Positions 60,578 to 64,000 of a stretch of DNA of 64,000 nt are shown in pieces. The stretch spans positions 33,996 through 97,995 of the forward strand of contig JAYOYH010000009.1 in assembly GCA_038153405.1 (NCBI GenBank), written 5' to 3'. Below the pieces are notes generated by a model, which did not search any database, was not told the DNA's origin, and saw only the letters and a list, made by a program, of their open reading frames with translations. Position numbers and translations under genes: made by a program. Source of the stretch: Gemmatimonadota bacterium (GTDB lineage Bacteria; Latescibacterota; UBA2968; UBA8231). Position 1 is the first letter of the stretch, and each line of letters opens with the position of its first letter.

Positions 60578-61879
60578 TCAGGTCGCGGCAAAACGCTCCA
60601 ACTGCCAGCGTTCGGCCTGCGTTTTTTGTAAGCGAATTTTTAGCAAAACGTCGTTGGCTTCGTAGCGCTCTTCTATAATTTCTCCCTCGCTGTGCAACTG
60701 GGCCAACAGGCGACCTTCAGCCTGCGGCACCTGCAGGTCGAGCTCGATGGAGTGGGCTCGTCCGTAAGATAGAATGCGTTCGCGCAGTGCCTCGAGTCCG
60801 ATGCCCTGCGCTGCCGATATGGCTATGGCATCTTCGCGTCCGGCATGTGCGCGCAGGATATCCCCTTCTTCGCCGGGCGCTATCTGATCTATTTTATTGA
60901 AGACGTTCAGCGTTGGTCGATCTTCGAGCTTGAGGTCGCGCAGTACGCCGTCGACGGTGTGCATTTGCGACGCGTAGTGCGGAAAGCTCAGGTCGATTAC
61001 GTGCAGTAGCAGATCGGCTTCGACGGCTTCTTCGAGCGTGGCGCGGAACGAGGCAAATAAGTGGTGTGGGAGGCGCTTGATAAAGCCGACGGTATCGGTC
61101 AGGAGTATTTTATGGCGCGCGTCAATCTGCACCGCGCGCGTCGTGGAGTCGAGCGTGGCAAAGAGCTGGTCTTGCACCAGCACGTCCGAACCGGACAGCG
61201 CGCGCATCAGTGTCGACTTGCCGGCGTTGGTGTAGCCCACCAGGGCGACTTTGAATATATCCGAGCGCCCTTTGCGGCTGGTCTCCATCTGCTTGCCAAT
61301 GCGCTCGAGTTTAGCGTGCAGCGCGTTGATCTGTCGGCGGATCATGCGCCGGTCCGTTTCTAACTGCGTTTCGCCCGGACCGCGCACGCCGGCCGAACCC
61401 ATGCCGCGTATGGCGCCGCCGCCGGCTTGGCGCGAAAGGTGAGTCCACATGCGCGTAAGGCGCGGCAGCAGGTAGTTGAGCTGCGCCAGTTCGACTTGCA
61501 CCTGCGCCGTGCGCGTGCGCGCGTGCTGGGCAAAGATATCGAGAATGACTGCGCTGCGATCGAGAATGCGCATATCGGTGCGCTTCTCTAGGTTGCGCAT
61601 TTGCGCCGGTGAGAGCTCGTTGTCGAAGACGAGCATATCGGCCTGCAGATCGCGGGCCAGTTCCTTGACTTCCTCGACCTTGCCCTTCCCTATATAACAG
61701 GTCGGATCGATGCGCTCGCGCGACTGCAGCACGCGGCCGGCCTCGACTAGGTGTGCTGTGTCGGTGAGGCGGCTCAGTTCGTCCAGCGAATCCTCGGCAT
61801 CCCACAGCGGTATGTCGGGTAAGGCGACGCCTACCAGCAGCGCGCGTTCGCGTTGTTTTTCAGTGGAAAACGCTCCCAA
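60578..61879 (-). CDS. hflX: Ribosome-splitting GTPase HflX
   Basis: RGPGETQLETDRR, GYTNAGKST, LFATLD, DTVGFI, NKID. Probable TTG start at 61879. Confidence 0.96.
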   Translation of the reverse strand: MGAFSTEKQRERALLVGVALPDIPLWDAEDSLDELSRLTDTAHLVEAGRVLQSRERIDPTCYIGKGKVEEVKELARDLQADMLVFDNELSPAQMRNLEKRTDMRILDRSAVILDIFAQHARTRTAQVQVELAQLNYLLPRLTRMWTHLSRQAGGGAIRGMGSAGVRGPGETQLETDRRMIRRQINALHAKLERIGKQMETSRKGRSDIFKVALVGYTNAGKSTLMRALSGSDVLVQDQLFATLDSTTRAVQIDARHKILLTDTVGFIKRLPHHLFASFRATLEEAVEADLLLHVIDLSFPHYASQMHTVDGVLRDLKLEDRPTLNVFNKIDQIAPGEEGDILRAHAGREDAIAISAAQGIGLEALRERILSYGRAHSIELDLQVPQAEGRLLAQLHSEGEIIEERYEANDVLLKIRLQKTQAERWQLERFAAT

Positions 61880-62139
61880 ATAGTGCCTTTCTACGCTGCG
61901 GGCGCAGCGCATCGTAGTCTGTACTAAGATACGAAACACAACGCGTGGACTATTGTCAATTGGCGCGCAGGTCGGCGGCGTTATACGGGGAGATGGCCGT
62001 GCGGTTGGCGCCGATCGCGCGGGCAAATCACTCCGTTGCATCTGGCGCGGCTGCGGCGCTACTGGCGGCGCCAACCCGCGTGTAAAGCGGCTGTAAAAAG
62101 GTGCATAGTCGAGCGCTTAGGCTGTCCTCCTATTCGATC

Positions 62140-62168
62140 TTGACACGTGCAGTGAGAGGGTCTACCCT
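62140..62168 (+). promoter_or_regulatory. Sigma70-type promoter of lon
   Basis: TTGACA (62140-62145), 17-bp spacer, TACCCT (62163-62168). Confidence 0.6.
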
Positions 62169-62230
62169 AGTTGAGCGCGTTGTAGTTCGGCAACGCACGC
62201 CTTTGCGTTATCGCCTTTAGGAGGGCAAAT

Positions 62231-64000
62231 GTGAGCGAAATTGATGCAGCGGAGCACGGTCAAGTAGACCCTTATATACCCGAGTCGTTGGCCGTTTTAC
62301 AGCTGCGCAACAGCGTGGTCTATCCCTATATGCCGCAGCAGTTAACGGCTTCGCGTGCCCATTCGATTCAGGCGGTGGAAGCGGCTTCGGGCGACGGTGA
62401 CTTCATCGCCATATTTGCCCAGCGCGATTCAGATGTGGAGCGCCCTGTCGGCACTGACCTATACGGCGTTGGCGCCATTGCTAAAATCCACAAAGTGTGG
62501 CGGATGCCGGACGGTTCTATGCGGCTGATCGTCCAGGGGGTCGACCGCGCTGCGCTAGGCGATGTGCTGCACGACGAGCCCTATATGCGCGCCGCGGTGC
62601 GCAGCCTGGCAGACGAGAGCGGCGAAGAGTCCATGGCCGTTCAAGCGATGCGTCGCACAATCCTCCATCAGTTCCAGGCGATCGTCAAGATGATGCCGCA
62701 CCTGCCGGACGAACTGCAGGTCATGGTCGTCAATATCGACCATCCCGGCCGCCTCTGCGATTTTGTTGCATCGAATCTGGATTTGCAGCTAGTCGAGCAC
62801 CAGCATTTGCTGGAGGCCCTCAACATAGAAAAGCGGCTTCATTACCTGACGGAGTTGCTGGCGCGCGAGGTGGAAATACTGGAAGTTGGCAACCGCATTC
62901 AGACGCAGGTGCAGGAAAAACTTGGCAAGTCGCAGCGCGAGTATTTTTTGCGCGAACAGCTGCGCCAAATTCAGAAAGAGCTCAGCGGATCCGATCCGAT
63001 GATGGCCGAAGTTGACGAACTGCGCGGCAAAGTCGAGGGCTCAGGGCTATCGCCCGATGCGCTGGAGGCGGCCAAGCGCGAGCTCGATCGCATGCAGCAA
63101 ATGCAGCAGAGTTCGCCCGAGTATTCCGTAGTGCGCACCTATCTCGACTGGCTCGTCGAGTTGCCTTGGTCGACGTCCACCGAAGATCGCCTCGACCTGG
63201 CCGTGGCCGAACGCATCCTCGACGAAGACCACTACGGCTTAGATAAGGTAAAAGAGCGCGTTCTCGAGTATCTGGCCGTGCGCGCCCTGCGCAGCGATAT
63301 GAAGGGGCCGATCCTCTGTTTCGTCGGTCCTCCAGGCGTGGGCAAGACGTCGTTGGGCCGCTCGATTGCGCGCGCACTGGGCCGCCAGTTTGCCCGCATT
63401 TCGCTGGGTGGCGTGCGCGACGAATCGGAAATTCGCGGCCATCGCCGCACATACGTAGGCGCGCTGCCCGGGCGACTAATCCAGGGGCTGCGCAAAGCCG
63501 GCAGCAACAATCCGGTCTTTATGCTCGACGAGATCGACAAGCTCGGTCTCGACTTTCGCGGCGACCCGGCCGCTGCGCTGTTGGAGGTGCTCGACCCCCA
63601 GCAAAACGACACCTTTGCCGATCACTACTTAGACGTGCCGTTTGACCTATCGCAGGTGATGTTTATCACGACGGCCAACCTGCTATCGCCCGTGCCGGGT
63701 CCGCTGCGCGACCGAATGGAGGAAATTGCCATCCCCGGATACACGCCGGAGGAAAAGGCGGAGATTGCCCGTCGGCACCTGCTGCCGCGCCAGCTCGAAG
63801 AACACGGTATTGGCGATCGGCAATTGCATCTGCAAGACGAGGCGCTCGACCACTTAATTGCCGACTACACGCGCGAGGCCGGTCTGCGCAATCTCGAACG
63901 GCAACTGGGGGGGCTCAGTCGCAAGGTAGCGCGCCAATTTGTCGAAGGGCGCAAGCGGCGCGTCAACATAGGGCGCAACGACGTGGAAAAGCTGCTCGGT
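62231..64000 (+). CDS. lon: Lon protease (partial; runs off the window)
   Basis: AGGAGG RBS, GTG 62231, [56 protein letters not shown]. Absent from the ORF track because there is no stop. Confidence 0.97.
   Translation, partial: MSEIDAAEHGQVDPYIPESLAVLQLRNSVVYPYMPQQLTASRAHSIQAVEAASGDGDFIAIFAQRDSDVERPVGTDLYGVGAIAKIHKVWRMPDGSMRLIVQGVDRAALGDVLHDEPYMRAAVRSLADESGEESMAVQAMRRTILHQFQAIVKMMPHLPDELQVMVVNIDHPGRLCDFVASNLDLQLVEHQHLLEALNIEKRLHYLTELLAREVEILEVGNRIQTQVQEKLGKSQREYFLREQLRQIQKELSGSDPMMAEVDELRGKVEGSGLSPDALEAAKRELDRMQQMQQSSPEYSVVRTYLDWLVELPWSTSTEDRLDLAVAERILDEDHYGLDKVKERVLEYLAVRALRSDMKGPILCFVGPPGVGKTSLGRSIARALGRQFARISLGGVRDESEIRGHRRTYVGALPGRLIQGLRKAGSNNPVFMLDEIDKLGLDFRGDPAAALLEVLDPQQNDTFADHYLDVPFDLSQVMFITTANLLSPVPGPLRDRMEEIAIPGYTPEEKAEIARRHLLPRQLEEHGIGDRQLHLQDEALDHLIADYTREAGLRNLERQLGGLSRKVARQFVEGRKRRVNIGRNDVEKLLG

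Noticed and set aside
61925..61959. Minus-strand TTGACA as the hflX promoter
   Set aside because: The nearest -10-like hexamer (TATCTT) is 22 bp away, outside normal spacing.
62100..62230. CIRCE/HAIR heat-shock operator upstream of lon
   Set aside because: No TTAGCACTC-N9-GAGTGCTAA or CTTGAGT-N7-ACTCAAG match seen.

Overview
A 64-kb, roughly 60% GC bacterial chromosomal window. I found no mobile elements, CRISPR array, rRNA or tRNA. Housekeeping content: a complete sufBCDSU-sufT-rrf2 Fe-S operon with a duplicated operator, nadE, hisS, HU, clpP, mutM, hflX and a partial lon. Other genes: several catabolic paralog families (Gfo/Idh/MocA, enolase superfamily, PhyH, DUF6807), an MFP plus two-RND efflux unit, an anaerobic sulfatase maturase and a cytochrome c'/diheme c pair. 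Four genes end in FlgD-Ig/T9SS-type C-terminal sorting domains, suggesting an FCB-affiliated, Latescibacterota-like organism (inference only). The strongest candidate for an undescribed system is the 16-kb divergent locus at 44111-59814. It encodes one cohesin-tipped protein on an 8-repeat cadherin-like stalk and two paralogous ~1900-aa Asp-box propeller proteins, each with cohesin-dockerin-cohesin before the sorting domain, and has no recognisable cellulase: a possible self-assembling, non-cellulosomal surface scaffold. Other oddities: a perfect 315-bp in-frame duplication of a sorting domain, a protein made only of Ala/Lys/Pro repeats, a DGGGP-synthase-like prenyltransferase, a DUF1360-like/TRASH/rhodanese fusion with an internal RBS, an RND with a large hydrophobic insertion, a triple-DUF5069 protein and a truncated PhyH gene. 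All domain calls come from reading motifs by eye; no searches were run.
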